Source of the DNA: an uncultured Spirochaetales bacterium
GTDB taxonomy: Bacteria; Spirochaetota; Spirochaetia; Sphaerochaetales; Sphaerochaetaceae
Direction: 5' to 3'
Assembly: GCA_944392695.1 (NCBI GenBank)
Contig: CALXXN010000003.1
Coordinates: forward strand, 48,617-112,616
Length of the DNA stretch: 64,000 nt
Numbering within the stretch: position 1 is the first letter of the stretch; the number at the start of each line of letters is the position of its first letter. A program made the translations under genes and the position numbers. The notes beneath the pieces were generated by a model. It had not been told where the DNA came from, made no database searches, and saw nothing but the letters and a program-made list of their open reading frames with translations. Below, in pieces: positions 20,684 to 28,927 of this stretch.

Positions 20684-21862
20684 ATGCAGCTCAACACAAT
20701 CCGCGAAGCCGACCTCAAGGGCAAGCGTGTCCTGATCCGCGTCGACTTCAATGTCCCACTGAAGGGGGGCGTGGTCACTGACAACACCAGGATCCGCGCA
20801 GCACTTCCTACTGTCAAGTACATCCTCGACGAGGGTGCTAGCCTTGTCGTCATGAGCCACTTCGGCCGCCCCAAGGGGCAGAAGAACCCTGACTTCTCCA
20901 TGGCTCCAATCGCCAAGGAATTCGAGAAGCTCCTGGGCCGCCCTGTCAAGCTCGCTCCGGACGTGATCGGTCCAGAGGTCGAGGCCGAGGTCAAGGCCCT
21001 CAAGCCAGGTGAGGTCCTCCTCCTGGAGAACGTCCGCTTCTACAAGGAAGAGGAGGCCAACGACGAGACCTTCGCCAAGACACTCGCCAGCTATGGTGAC
21101 ATTTACTGCAACGACGCCTTCGGCACGGCCCACCGCGCCCATGCATCCACAGAGGGTGTTTCCCACTTCCTGCCCAGCTATGCCGGTTTCCTGATCGAGA
21201 AGGAAGTCAAGTTCATGGCTCCGCTCCTTGAGAATCCCGACAAGCCCTTTGTCGCCATCATTGGTGGAAGCAAGGTCTCAAGCAAGATCACCGTCCTCGA
21301 GTCCCTCGTCCGCACTTGCGACACGATTGTCATCGGCGGTGGCATGGCCTACACCTTCCTCTATGTACAGGGCCACAAGATCGGCAAGTCCCTCTTCGAG
21401 CCTGATTATGTCGAGACAGCCAAGGCCTTCCTTGCCAAGGCGGCGGAGAAGGGTGTCAAGGTCATCCTCCCTGTCGACAATGTCTGCGCCAAGGAGTTCA
21501 GCGAGGACGCCGAGCCCATCCTGGTCGATGGAGACAACATCACTGACGAGCTGATGGGCATGGACATTGGTCCCAAGACCGTCGCCCTGATCGTCGAGGA
21601 GATCAAGAAGGCCAAGTCCGTCGTCTGGAACGGCCCGATGGGTGTCTTCGAGTTCGAGGCTTTCGCAAAGGGCACAGGTGAGGTCGCAAAGGCTCTTGCC
21701 GAGAGCGATGCCACGACTGTTGTCGGTGGTGGTGATTCTGTCGCAGCCATCAACAAGTTCGGTCTTGCTGACAAGATCAGCCATGTCTCCACTGGCGGTG
21801 GTGCCTCCCTTGAGTTCCTCGAGGGCAAGACACTGCCTGGCATCAAGGCACTCGAGAAATAA
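20684..21862 (+). CDS. pgk: Phosphoglycerate kinase
   Basis: 392 aa. RVLIRVDFNVPL, MSHFGRPKG, and a C-terminal STGGGASLEFLEGK. Confidence 0.97.
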   Translation: MQLNTIREADLKGKRVLIRVDFNVPLKGGVVTDNTRIRAALPTVKYILDEGASLVVMSHFGRPKGQKNPDFSMAPIAKEFEKLLGRPVKLAPDVIGPEVEAEVKALKPGEVLLLENVRFYKEEEANDETFAKTLASYGDIYCNDAFGTAHRAHASTEGVSHFLPSYAGFLIEKEVKFMAPLLENPDKPFVAIIGGSKVSSKITVLESLVRTCDTIVIGGGMAYTFLYVQGHKIGKSLFEPDYVETAKAFLAKAAEKGVKVILPVDNVCAKEFSEDAEPILVDGDNITDELMGMDIGPKTVALIVEEIKKAKSVVWNGPMGVFEFEAFAKGTGEVAKALAESDATTVVGGGDSVAAINKFGLADKISHVSTGGGASLEFLEGKTLPGIKALEK

Positions 21863-21880
21863 GGTCTTGAGGTGCGACAT

Positions 21881-21909
21881 GGGCGGGGAATCCATCCCCG
21901 CCCGGTTTT
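21881..21909 (+). terminator. Rho-independent terminator-like hairpin after pgk
   Basis: GGGCGGGGA (21881-89), loop ATCCA, TCCCCGCCC (21895-903), GG, then TTTT (21906-09). It lies 18 nt before tpiA. Confidence 0.55.
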
Positions 21910-21926
21910 GATAGGAAGTCTTTGAA

Positions 21927-22685
21927 ATGAGGAAAGCTTATATCGCAGGAAACTGGAAGATGAACATGACCCCTTCGGCTGGCGCAGCCTTCGCTAAGGA
22001 GTTGCGCGCTGCTGCTGAGAAGGCTGCTGTCGATGTGAAGGTCATGGTCGCTCCTCCCTTCGTCACGATCCCTGCCGTCGCCGAGGTCCTCAAGGGCAGC
22101 TCGATCATCGTCGCCGCCCAGAACATGAACGACCACGAGAGCGGTGCCTACACAGGTGAGGTCGCCCCTGCCATGCTGAAGGACCTTGGTGTCAACACCG
22201 TCATCCTTGGCCACAGCGAGAGGCGCAGCTACTATGGTGAGAGCGACAGCTTCATCAACGCCAAGCTCCGCCTTGCGATCAAGGAAGGCATGGATGTCGT
22301 CCTCTGTGTCGGTGAGACACTCGAGGAGAGGGAGTCCGGACGCCTTGAGGAGGTCCTCTCAACCCAGGTCTCCGGCTGTCTGAAGGACGTCAGCGCAGCT
22401 GAGATGGCTCATGTCACAATCGCTTACGAGCCGGTCTGGGCCATTGGCACAGGGCGCACAGCGACCCCTGAGGATGCTGATGCGGCACATGCCTACATCC
22501 GCTCCCTCGTCGCCTCTTTGTACAGCGACGATATTGCGCAAAACCTGATTATACAGTATGGTGGTTCCGTCAATGCCTCCAATGTGAAGGCACTGATGGC
22601 TAAGGAGAACATCGACGGTGCCCTTGTCGGGGGTGCATCACTTTCCGTCGAGAAGTTCCTGCCCATCATGACATTTGACAAATAA
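21927..22685 (+). CDS. tpiA: Triose-phosphate isomerase
   Basis: 252 aa. IAGNWKMN and the active-site region AYEPVWAIGTG. Confidence 0.97.
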   Translation: MRKAYIAGNWKMNMTPSAGAAFAKELRAAAEKAAVDVKVMVAPPFVTIPAVAEVLKGSSIIVAAQNMNDHESGAYTGEVAPAMLKDLGVNTVILGHSERRSYYGESDSFINAKLRLAIKEGMDVVLCVGETLEERESGRLEEVLSTQVSGCLKDVSAAEMAHVTIAYEPVWAIGTGRTATPEDADAAHAYIRSLVASLYSDDIAQNLIIQYGGSVNASNVKALMAKENIDGALVGGASLSVEKFLPIMTFDK

Positions 22686-22703
22686 GGTTTGGAGTATAGG
22701 GAA

Positions 22704-23018
22704 ATGGGTGTTCTTAGTATTATCCTGCTCGTCCTCTTCGTGATCTCAGCCCTGCTGTTGATCTTCCTCGTCGCAGTCCAGGACGAGAAGTCACAGGGGC
22801 TTGGTGGAATCTTCGGCGGCTCTTCTGAATCCACATTCGGAACAGGTACCTCGAGGTTCCTCACCCGCGTCACAGTCATCACGGCGACGGCCTTCATCGT
22901 CCTGGCCCTTCTTCTGGGTGTGACGACGAAGTCCAGCTCCTCGGACTCCCTCCTGGAGACCGCGGCAGCAGTCGAGACGACTACCGACAGCTGGTACACG
23001 GAGGGCACGGCCAACTGA
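22704..23018 (+). CDS. secG: Preprotein translocase subunit SecG
   Basis: Two TM helices flank a Gly-rich loop (QGLGGIFGGSSESTFG). The position after tpiA is classic. The ORF track opens at TTG 22689; ATG 22704 with GGAG 9 nt upstream seems more likely. Confidence 0.85.
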   Translation: MGVLSIILLVLFVISALLLIFLVAVQDEKSQGLGGIFGGSSESTFGTGTSRFLTRVTVITATAFIVLALLLGVTTKSSSSDSLLETAAAVETTTDSWYTEGTAN

Positions 23019-23043
23019 TAAGGGCCGTGGCAGGATCGACACC

Positions 23044-23070
23044 AAAGCCGGCCCATATGAGGCCGGCTTT
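23044..23070 (+). terminator. Hairpin after secG
   Basis: AAAGCCGGCC (23044-53), loop CATATGA, GGCCGGCTTT (23061-70). The T residues are part of the stem or tail, so this is a moderate terminator candidate. Confidence 0.45.
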
Positions 23071-23096
23071 CGTGCAGGAAAGGGGAGGTGTGTTTT

Positions 23097-23522
23097 ATGA
23101 ACGTCTGCTGTGTCTATGCGGGAAAGGGCAGGGATGATGCCGCCCTCGCTGAGATCTGCAAGTCATTCGCACAAGGTCTTGCCAGCCAGGGCCACAGTGT
23201 CGACGTCTTCAACATGTATGTCGACCAGGACAGGAAGCTCAGCTACTACGACTACATCATAGTCGGAACCACAGCCAAGACCGCCTTTGGTGGGACGATT
23301 CCTGATATCGTCAGGACCTTCCTCTCCAGGGCTGGCCAGGTCAGTGGCAAGCGCTGCCTGGCCTTTGTCACCAAGGCTGGCCTGAGAAGCCAGAAGACAT
23401 TATCTTTGCTTATGAAGGTGATGGAGGGCGAGGGGATGTACCTCAAGCTTTCAGAGGTCATCAAGAAGCCAGCCACCGCACTTGCCATAGGCAAGAGACT
23501 CAACGTCGAAAGGAATTTGTAA
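23097..23522 (+). CDS. Flavodoxin-like fold protein (putative)
   Basis: 141 aa from ATG 23097 (GGGGAGG 8 nt upstream). The N-terminus MNVCCVYAGKG..., then ..IIVGTTAKT and ..CLAFVTKAG, follow the beta-alpha-beta pattern of short flavodoxin-like proteins. I could not verify a cofactor motif. Confidence 0.4.
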   Translation: MNVCCVYAGKGRDDAALAEICKSFAQGLASQGHSVDVFNMYVDQDRKLSYYDYIIVGTTAKTAFGGTIPDIVRTFLSRAGQVSGKRCLAFVTKAGLRSQKTLSLLMKVMEGEGMYLKLSEVIKKPATALAIGKRLNVERNL

Positions 23523-23525
23523 AAA

Positions 23526-24551
23526 ATGAAGAAGCTTATCTCAACCTGCTTGGTGCTTGTCCTGCTTACATGCACCCTCTTCGCCATTCCACGCAACAAC
23601 AATGCGGCAGCGACGGTCAACTTGATCAGGAACGAAGTGATCACCTATGCTGAGCTTGCCGACCAGATGGCTGCGCAGGGCGCTACAGACGGCCAGGCCT
23701 CCCAGGTCCTTGACATCATGATCAATGACGAGGTCTTCCTCCAGGGTGCTGAGCGTGATGGCATCACTGTCAGTGACACCCAGGTCGATGCGCTTTACAA
23801 CCAGCAGAAGGCCAACATGGAGCAGCAGGCTGGACAGGGCCTGACTGATGCGCAGTTCGAGCAGGTCGTCGTACAGAGCTACGGCACTGTCGATGCCTTC
23901 CGCGAGATGCTGAAGAACCAGTACATCATGCAGACCTACCTCCTCCAGGAGAAGGGTGATGAGCTGAACAGCCGTGACTATGCTCCGACGCAGAGCCAGG
24001 TCGAGACCTTCTACAGGCGCAACACCACTAATTTCACCCAGGCTGAGAACGTGATGTTCGCCCAGGTCTACATGGCCAAGACCGGGGATGCCGATGTCGA
24101 TGCCCAGAAGCTTGCCACGATGCAGGATGTCTCTTCCCGCATCAAGGCTGGGACCCTCACATTCGAGGCCGCAGTCAACCTGTACACCGAGGATACTGAG
24201 AGCAAGAGCAATGGAGGTGTCATGGGCTGGCTGTCCAGTGACAACTCTGTCGTGCGCAATGCCTGGGGTGATGAATTTGTCGATTCCGTCCTCGCCCTGC
24301 CAATCGGCCAGGTGTCTGATGTGATCGAGTCCAATGTCGGCTACCATATCGTGCGCAACAGTGTCCACAATGATGCCCGCATCCTTGGCATCGATGACAG
24401 GATCCAGCCTGACCAGGCTTACACTGTGCGCGACTATATCACTGACATGCTGACACAGTACAACATGCAGGCTGCCATGGCTGACGCGCTCAACAGCATG
24501 GTTGACGAACTCAGGAGCGAGGCGAGGATCCGCGTCCTCTATACGGAATAA
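23526..24551 (+). CDS. Peptidyl-prolyl cis-trans isomerase, SurA/PrsA-like with parvulin (PpiC) domain
   Basis: 341 aa with a signal peptide (MKKLISTCLVLVLLTCTLFA), a SurA-N-like helical region and a rotamase domain (FAQVYM...GGVMGWLS...GQVSDVIESNVGYHIVR). Confidence 0.8.
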   Translation: MKKLISTCLVLVLLTCTLFAIPRNNNAAATVNLIRNEVITYAELADQMAAQGATDGQASQVLDIMINDEVFLQGAERDGITVSDTQVDALYNQQKANMEQQAGQGLTDAQFEQVVVQSYGTVDAFREMLKNQYIMQTYLLQEKGDELNSRDYAPTQSQVETFYRRNTTNFTQAENVMFAQVYMAKTGDADVDAQKLATMQDVSSRIKAGTLTFEAAVNLYTEDTESKSNGGVMGWLSSDNSVVRNAWGDEFVDSVLALPIGQVSDVIESNVGYHIVRNSVHNDARILGIDDRIQPDQAYTVRDYITDMLTQYNMQAAMADALNSMVDELRSEARIRVLYTE

Positions 24552-24553
24552 GA

Positions 24554-25021
24554 ATGGCATCTGGAAGCAAGCATCAAGACAAGAGGGACGCGAGGTTGCT
24601 CGCTGTCGAGACGCTCTACGCCTTGGATTTCAATGGCGAGCTGGGGGCTGTAGTTGACTTGACGGTCCTCCCTGGACATACAGAGGAGGAGATGTCGTCA
24701 ATCAGCGAGGAAACGCTCTTCTACGCCCGCTTCCTCGTCCATGGTGTCCTTGAGAACCTTGAAGAGGTTGATGGTGTGATTGGCAAGTATTCAATCAACC
24801 GTCCGATTTCAAGGATCAACCTTGTGGATAGGAACATCCTCAGGATTTCCGTGTTCAGCCTGCTGCACTGCCCGGACCTGCATCCGACCATCGTCATCGA
24901 TGAGGCCGTCAAGCTCTCACAGGCGCTTTCCACTGATGTGACCTACAAGTTCATCAATGGAGTCCTTGACGCAGTCAAGAAAGGGGAGTTGAAACGTGAT
25001 CCAGCTGAAGAACAGGCATGA
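24554..25021 (+). CDS. nusB: Transcription antitermination factor NusB
   Basis: 155 aa. ARLLAVETLYALDF at the N-terminus and a C-terminal VIDEAVKLSQALSTDVTYKFINGVLD. Confidence 0.85.
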   Translation: MASGSKHQDKRDARLLAVETLYALDFNGELGAVVDLTVLPGHTEEEMSSISEETLFYARFLVHGVLENLEEVDGVIGKYSINRPISRINLVDRNILRISVFSLLHCPDLHPTIVIDEAVKLSQALSTDVTYKFINGVLDAVKKGELKRDPAEEQA

Positions 25022-25754
25022 GATAGATGGCATACGCAAGAGCGGTGCCGTCCTGGCGGAGTGTCTGCTGATGCTTGATGATTTCATCAAGCCCGGCGTC
25101 TCAACCTGGGATGTCGACCATATGGCGCATGACTTCATCACACGTCATCATGGCATACCTTCCTGCCTTGGTTACTGTGGTTATCCAAATGCGACATGCA
25201 CCTCTGTCAATGACACGGTGATCCATGGCATCCCCTCGAAGAAGGAAATCCTCAAGGAAGGGGACATCATCTCTGTCGATATCTGTGTGACCCTCGATGG
25301 CTTCGTCTCTGATTCGACGAGGACTTATGAGGTCGGCAAGGTCTCTGACGAGGTCCACCGCCTGAATGTCGTCACACGTGAATGCCTTGATCTTGGCATC
25401 GCCGCCGCAGAGAAGAAGAACGCCAGGATGGAAGACATCTCCAAGGCCGTCTTCAACCATGCTTTCAAAGAGAATGGCTATGGAGTCGTACGTGACTACA
25501 CAGGACATGGCGTAGGCTTCGATCTCCATGAGGAGCCCGAAGTCCCGAACTTCGTCAGCCCCTTGATGCCGAATCCCCGCCTCCGCCCAGGCCTGGTCAT
25601 CGCAATCGAGCCTATGGTCAACATGGGTACATGGAAGATCAAGGACATGCGTGATGGCTGGACTGTCAAGACCGCTGATGGCAAGCCCGCCTGCCACTGG
25701 GAGCATACGATTGCGATCACGGAATCAGGAGTCGAAATCCTGACACTTCCCTGA
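24996..25754 (+). CDS. map: Type I methionine aminopeptidase
   Basis: 252 aa. GYCGYPNATCTSVNDTVIHGIP, DIISVDI, GHGVG, EPM and WEHT metal-ligand contexts. Confidence 0.95.
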   Translation: MIQLKNRHEIDGIRKSGAVLAECLLMLDDFIKPGVSTWDVDHMAHDFITRHHGIPSCLGYCGYPNATCTSVNDTVIHGIPSKKEILKEGDIISVDICVTLDGFVSDSTRTYEVGKVSDEVHRLNVVTRECLDLGIAAAEKKNARMEDISKAVFNHAFKENGYGVVRDYTGHGVGFDLHEEPEVPNFVSPLMPNPRLRPGLVIAIEPMVNMGTWKIKDMRDGWTVKTADGKPACHWEHTIAITESGVEILTLP

Positions 25755-25780
25755 GAGTACAGACGAACCGTATTCATAAG

Positions 25781-25806
25781 GCCCTGCTGGAGACGGCAGG
25801 GCTTTT
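25781..25806 (+). terminator. Rho-independent terminator of map
   Basis: GCCCTGC (25781-87), loop TGGAGACG, GCAGGGC (25796-802), then TTTT. Confidence 0.65.
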
Positions 25807-25852
25807 CCATACCCGGATTCCATTTGGAATATAAATCAGAGTAAATATTGCC

Positions 25853-25860
25853 AACAAAAA
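25853..25860. repeat. Left copy of the 8-bp target-site duplication AACAAAAA
   Basis: Identical 8-mers abut both IS ends (25853-25860 and 27283-27290). Confidence 0.75.
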
Positions 25861-27282
25861 GGTTCTTCACGGAAAGATAGGGGATGAAGGACTAGATTGA
25901 AAATAAGAGCATGTGCGTTCTAAAGTTTAGATACCACTCAAAAACAAAAGGACGAACACATGCTCTTCGAACAAAGTATAGCAAACTACCTGTCTCTTCA
26001 ACCCTATGAATACGTTAATACTGAAATAGCAGAAGATGGAAAGCAGAGGCTTCTTCATCTGAAGAGCATCAAAGAGACAGGGGATGTGCAATGTCCCTTC
26101 TGCAATGGCCATGTGCACATCTGTGGTAACTACAGCATGAGACTCAGGGACATGCCTGTGTACCCAGGGACAAGGCAGGATGTGGAAGCAAATTACCACC
26201 GTTACCGCTGCCAGAAATGCTCGAGGACCTTCAGTGAAGAGATTCCATTCAAATACCCTCAGACACGGATAACTGAACGTGCAGCTTCATGGATAAGCTC
26301 CTTCCTACGCTTCAATATTCCCATAACCACAGTACAGAAGATTACAGGTGTTCATTGGGATACGATCAAACATCTCCACAAGGGAGTAATGGCTGAAGCC
26401 ATCGCTGGAAGGAAGAAGGAATTGGAAAAGGACGGATACAGGCCGAAGCACCTTGCCGTTGATGAGTTTGCAATCCATAAAGGGCACAAGTACGCAACCT
26501 GTGTGATGGACCTTGATGAAGGTGATGTCTTGTGGGTTGGAAAAGGCAGGACGAAGGCAGACTTTTCCAAGTTCTTTCAGGAAATTGACATGAATTACCT
26601 GTCTGAAGTTGAGGCTGTGGCAATGGACATGAACGCATCCTACAACCTCCTGGTTACTGAACATCTTCCTAAGGCAATGATTGTCTACGACAGGTATCAC
26701 ATGCAGGCACAGTTCGCAAAGGATGTTCTCGGTGTCGTGAGGCTTGAGGAAGCCAGGAAGCATAGCGCTCAGGCCAAGAAGATGGATGAAGAGGGATTTC
26801 CCAAGGCTGAAGTGAAAGCTGAGAAGCGTCTGTACTCGGAGGTGAAAGGTGCAAGATGGATTCTGCTTGCAGGAAGAGACAGCCTGTCTGAAGAGAAGTC
26901 CGCGGCACTCATGAAGATCCTCGATGACCATGCTGATCTGTCGCTGTGTCATGCAATGAAAGAAGAGATGTCCAGGCTGTTTGATCTGAGAGATGCAGTG
27001 GAAGCCAGAACTGGATGGGAGGCATGGTTTGAAGGGGCCAAAGCAAGTGGGATACCTGCCCTGGCAAGATTCGCGGAGTTGAAAGAGAAGAGGATTGACG
27101 GGCTTGTGGCCCATGCATCTCATCCCATATCCACAGGCAAGCTGGAAGGCTTCAACAACAGGATCAAGGTTGCCAAGAGGATTGGGTACGGATACCGGGA
27201 TGAAGACTACTTCTTCACTCTGATTCAGTACATCTCCATCCCGTCAGTGAAATACAATTCCCCTAAGAAAACGTGAAGAGCC
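25861..27282 (+). mobile_element. ISL3-family insertion sequence, apparently intact (1422 bp)
   Basis: The imperfect terminal inverted repeats are GGTTCTTCACGGAAAGATAGGGGA (25861-84) and the reverse complement of 27259-82, GGCTCTTCACGTTTTCTTAGGGGA. They match at 17 of 24 positions, with the outer 11 nt nearly identical. There is a single full-length transposase ORF whose stop lies inside the right IR, and an 8-bp direct repeat AACAAAAA flanks both sides. Confidence 0.85.
25960..27276 (+). CDS. ISL3 family transposase
   Basis: 438 aa. N-terminal zinc-finger (CPFCNGHVHICG...YRCQKCSRTF), then a DDE region (LAVDEFAIHKGHKYATCVMDL..., VAMDMNASY, and a C-terminal GKLEGFNNRIKVAKRIGYGYRD typical of ISL3). 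Confidence 0.9.
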   Translation: MLFEQSIANYLSLQPYEYVNTEIAEDGKQRLLHLKSIKETGDVQCPFCNGHVHICGNYSMRLRDMPVYPGTRQDVEANYHRYRCQKCSRTFSEEIPFKYPQTRITERAASWISSFLRFNIPITTVQKITGVHWDTIKHLHKGVMAEAIAGRKKELEKDGYRPKHLAVDEFAIHKGHKYATCVMDLDEGDVLWVGKGRTKADFSKFFQEIDMNYLSEVEAVAMDMNASYNLLVTEHLPKAMIVYDRYHMQAQFAKDVLGVVRLEEARKHSAQAKKMDEEGFPKAEVKAEKRLYSEVKGARWILLAGRDSLSEEKSAALMKILDDHADLSLCHAMKEEMSRLFDLRDAVEARTGWEAWFEGAKASGIPALARFAELKEKRIDGLVAHASHPISTGKLEGFNNRIKVAKRIGYGYRDEDYFFTLIQYISIPSVKYNSPKKT

Positions 27283-27290
27283 AACAAAAA
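27283..27290. repeat. Right copy of the 8-bp target-site duplication AACAAAAA
   Basis: See the left copy. 8 bp is the duplication size typical of ISL3 elements. Confidence 0.75.
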
Positions 27291-27508
27291 ACATTGACAT
27301 GGCTGTTCTTCCTTGATTGCAAGTCTGCCCATGGAAGTGGGGAAGCGGAGGATGCCTGTTGTTCTCGTTGAACAAGGTTCCATGTACCATGCTGTCAGAC
27401 CCTGCTATCTGCCAGATAAGGCTGTACAGCCAAGCTGGGTAATGCAGTCTGGATTTGGGACAAAAAGTGGATTGCCGGTAAGATGGTGACCATCGTATTT
27501 TCAGGAAC

Positions 27509-28123
27509 ATGTTTCGTAATAGACCAACAAGAACAAAAAAGAGTTTTATCGCCAGGAGCCTGTCTTTATCATTCCTGGCCTTGATCGCTGTCTTTGCATT
27601 CACCTCATGTGACAACAGCGTCTCAAATCCTTCTTCGAATGTTCCTCCTATCAATACAGATGCCAAGGATGTCAGCTTGCTTTTTGATTCTGCTGCTTTT
27701 GCAGCTGAAGGCGGTTCACGCAGGTTCATTGATGATGAGTCGTTCCTGATCAACGAAATCTTGTTCACATGCCTGTACAATGGCTTTGAAGCTTTTGAAT
27801 TGCCTCCAGGGCCACATGAACAGGGTGCGGTGTTCACAACTGAAGGTGCGCGCCTTGTCCTCGATTCCGCAGACAGCCTGGCCTTCACTATGACGATGGA
27901 TGGATTCAAGCTTGATGGATACACGTTCGACCTCGGCGTTGAGAGACCGAGGATGTATGAGGTATGGGGGACGTTCAAATCAGGACAGGATGGTAGTATC
28001 GTATTTGATGACATCGTCTTCCGAATCGATGGTGACAAGGTCTTCTCTGTAAATGGAAGTGGCAAGGCTGGTGAAAACACGAAGATGAAAATCAATGGCG
28101 TCGGATACGATGTCATGTTGTAA
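27509..28123 (+). CDS. Hypothetical lipoprotein
   Basis: 204 aa. Basic N-terminus, hydrophobic core and lipobox (LIAVFAFTSC, Cys followed by DNS). No domain recognised. The opposite-strand 316-aa ORF looks like low-complexity noise. Confidence 0.55.
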   Translation: MFRNRPTRTKKSFIARSLSLSFLALIAVFAFTSCDNSVSNPSSNVPPINTDAKDVSLLFDSAAFAAEGGSRRFIDDESFLINEILFTCLYNGFEAFELPPGPHEQGAVFTTEGARLVLDSADSLAFTMTMDGFKLDGYTFDLGVERPRMYEVWGTFKSGQDGSIVFDDIVFRIDGDKVFSVNGSGKAGENTKMKINGVGYDVML

Positions 28124-28148
28124 AACTGAGCCTGCTGTCGATTGGACA

Positions 28149-28182
28149 GGGCCCTGTCAGAGATGGCAGGGCCTTGCCTTTC
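28149..28182 (+). terminator. Terminator-like hairpin after the lipoprotein gene
   Basis: GGCCCTG (28150-56), 10-nt loop, CAGGGCC (28167-73), then TTGCCTTTC. The sequence resembles the map terminator. Confidence 0.45.
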
Positions 28183-28228
28183 ATCATGATGCATGTTTTC
28201 CTTGTCAGGGCTTTACGTTGGAGGAAAT

Positions 28229-28864
28229 ATGGACATAGCTGCTTTCATGGAATCATTTGGCCTGGGTCTTGTCTCACTGTTTGGAGATGGTCTCCTCTTC
28301 CTGGGATTGCAGGGCAGCCATGGAAGAGGGGAGGCGGGTGAGTCCAGTGACATCGACCCTGTGGTCATACTGGAAAAGTGTGGCAGGGATGAGCTGTTGC
28401 GGTACAGGAGCTTCATTGACAGCCTGCCTGAGAAAGACATCATCTGTGGTTTCGTGGCTTCTGTTGATGAACTGAGAGCATGGGATGGCGCTGACAGGGC
28501 CTGTCTCATACTTGACACCAGACCGGTCATTGGAGATCTTGCATCGCTATGTCCTGCTGTCACAGCAGATGATATCAAGAGGGCTGTACTGCAGGGCGCT
28601 TGCGCCATCTATCATGCATCATCCCACAACATACTCCACGCCCGGGATTGGTCCATGTTGCCAGACCTCTACAAGAGCGCCAGGTTCACGATCAGGATGA
28701 AACACTATCGTGAAAGGGGTGCCTATGTTCATGCTTTCAAGGACCTGCGGTCCTTTGTCGATGATGAGGAGAAGGGAATCCTGGATGCGGCGCATCCATG
28801 CAGCGAAGATGAGGCCTTCCGCCTCCTGGAGTGGGCATCGGACACACTGCGCTCACTTTCATGA
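28229..28864 (+). CDS. Pol-beta-superfamily nucleotidyltransferase (ANT/KNTase-like architecture)
   Basis: NTase signature LQGSHGRGEAGESSDIDPVVIL (G-S ... D-x-D) and a helical C-terminal half containing RERGAYVH (fits Rx4-6H, a weak motif). The ORF track opens at 28193; ATG 28229 follows GGAGGAAAT. Confidence 0.6.
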   Translation: MDIAAFMESFGLGLVSLFGDGLLFLGLQGSHGRGEAGESSDIDPVVILEKCGRDELLRYRSFIDSLPEKDIICGFVASVDELRAWDGADRACLILDTRPVIGDLASLCPAVTADDIKRAVLQGACAIYHASSHNILHARDWSMLPDLYKSARFTIRMKHYRERGAYVHAFKDLRSFVDDEEKGILDAAHPCSEDEAFRLLEWASDTLRSLS

Positions 28865-28927
28865 CAGCTGCTTTGTTCCCAAGCTTTGCGATTCCTGCTA
28901 AAACATCACCATCGGAGGCAGGACAAG

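Noticed and set aside
23541-24560. A 339-aa minus-strand ORF covering the whole PPIase gene.
   Set aside because: The plus-strand product has a signal peptide and a parvulin domain. The antisense product has no recognisable features and would break the co-directional secG...map gene string.
27244-28194. A 316-aa minus-strand ORF opposite the 204-aa lipoprotein gene.
   Set aside because: It runs across the IS right-end boundary (27282) and is Ser/Pro/Arg-rich with no signal or motif. The plus-strand ORF has a clean lipobox and its own terminator.
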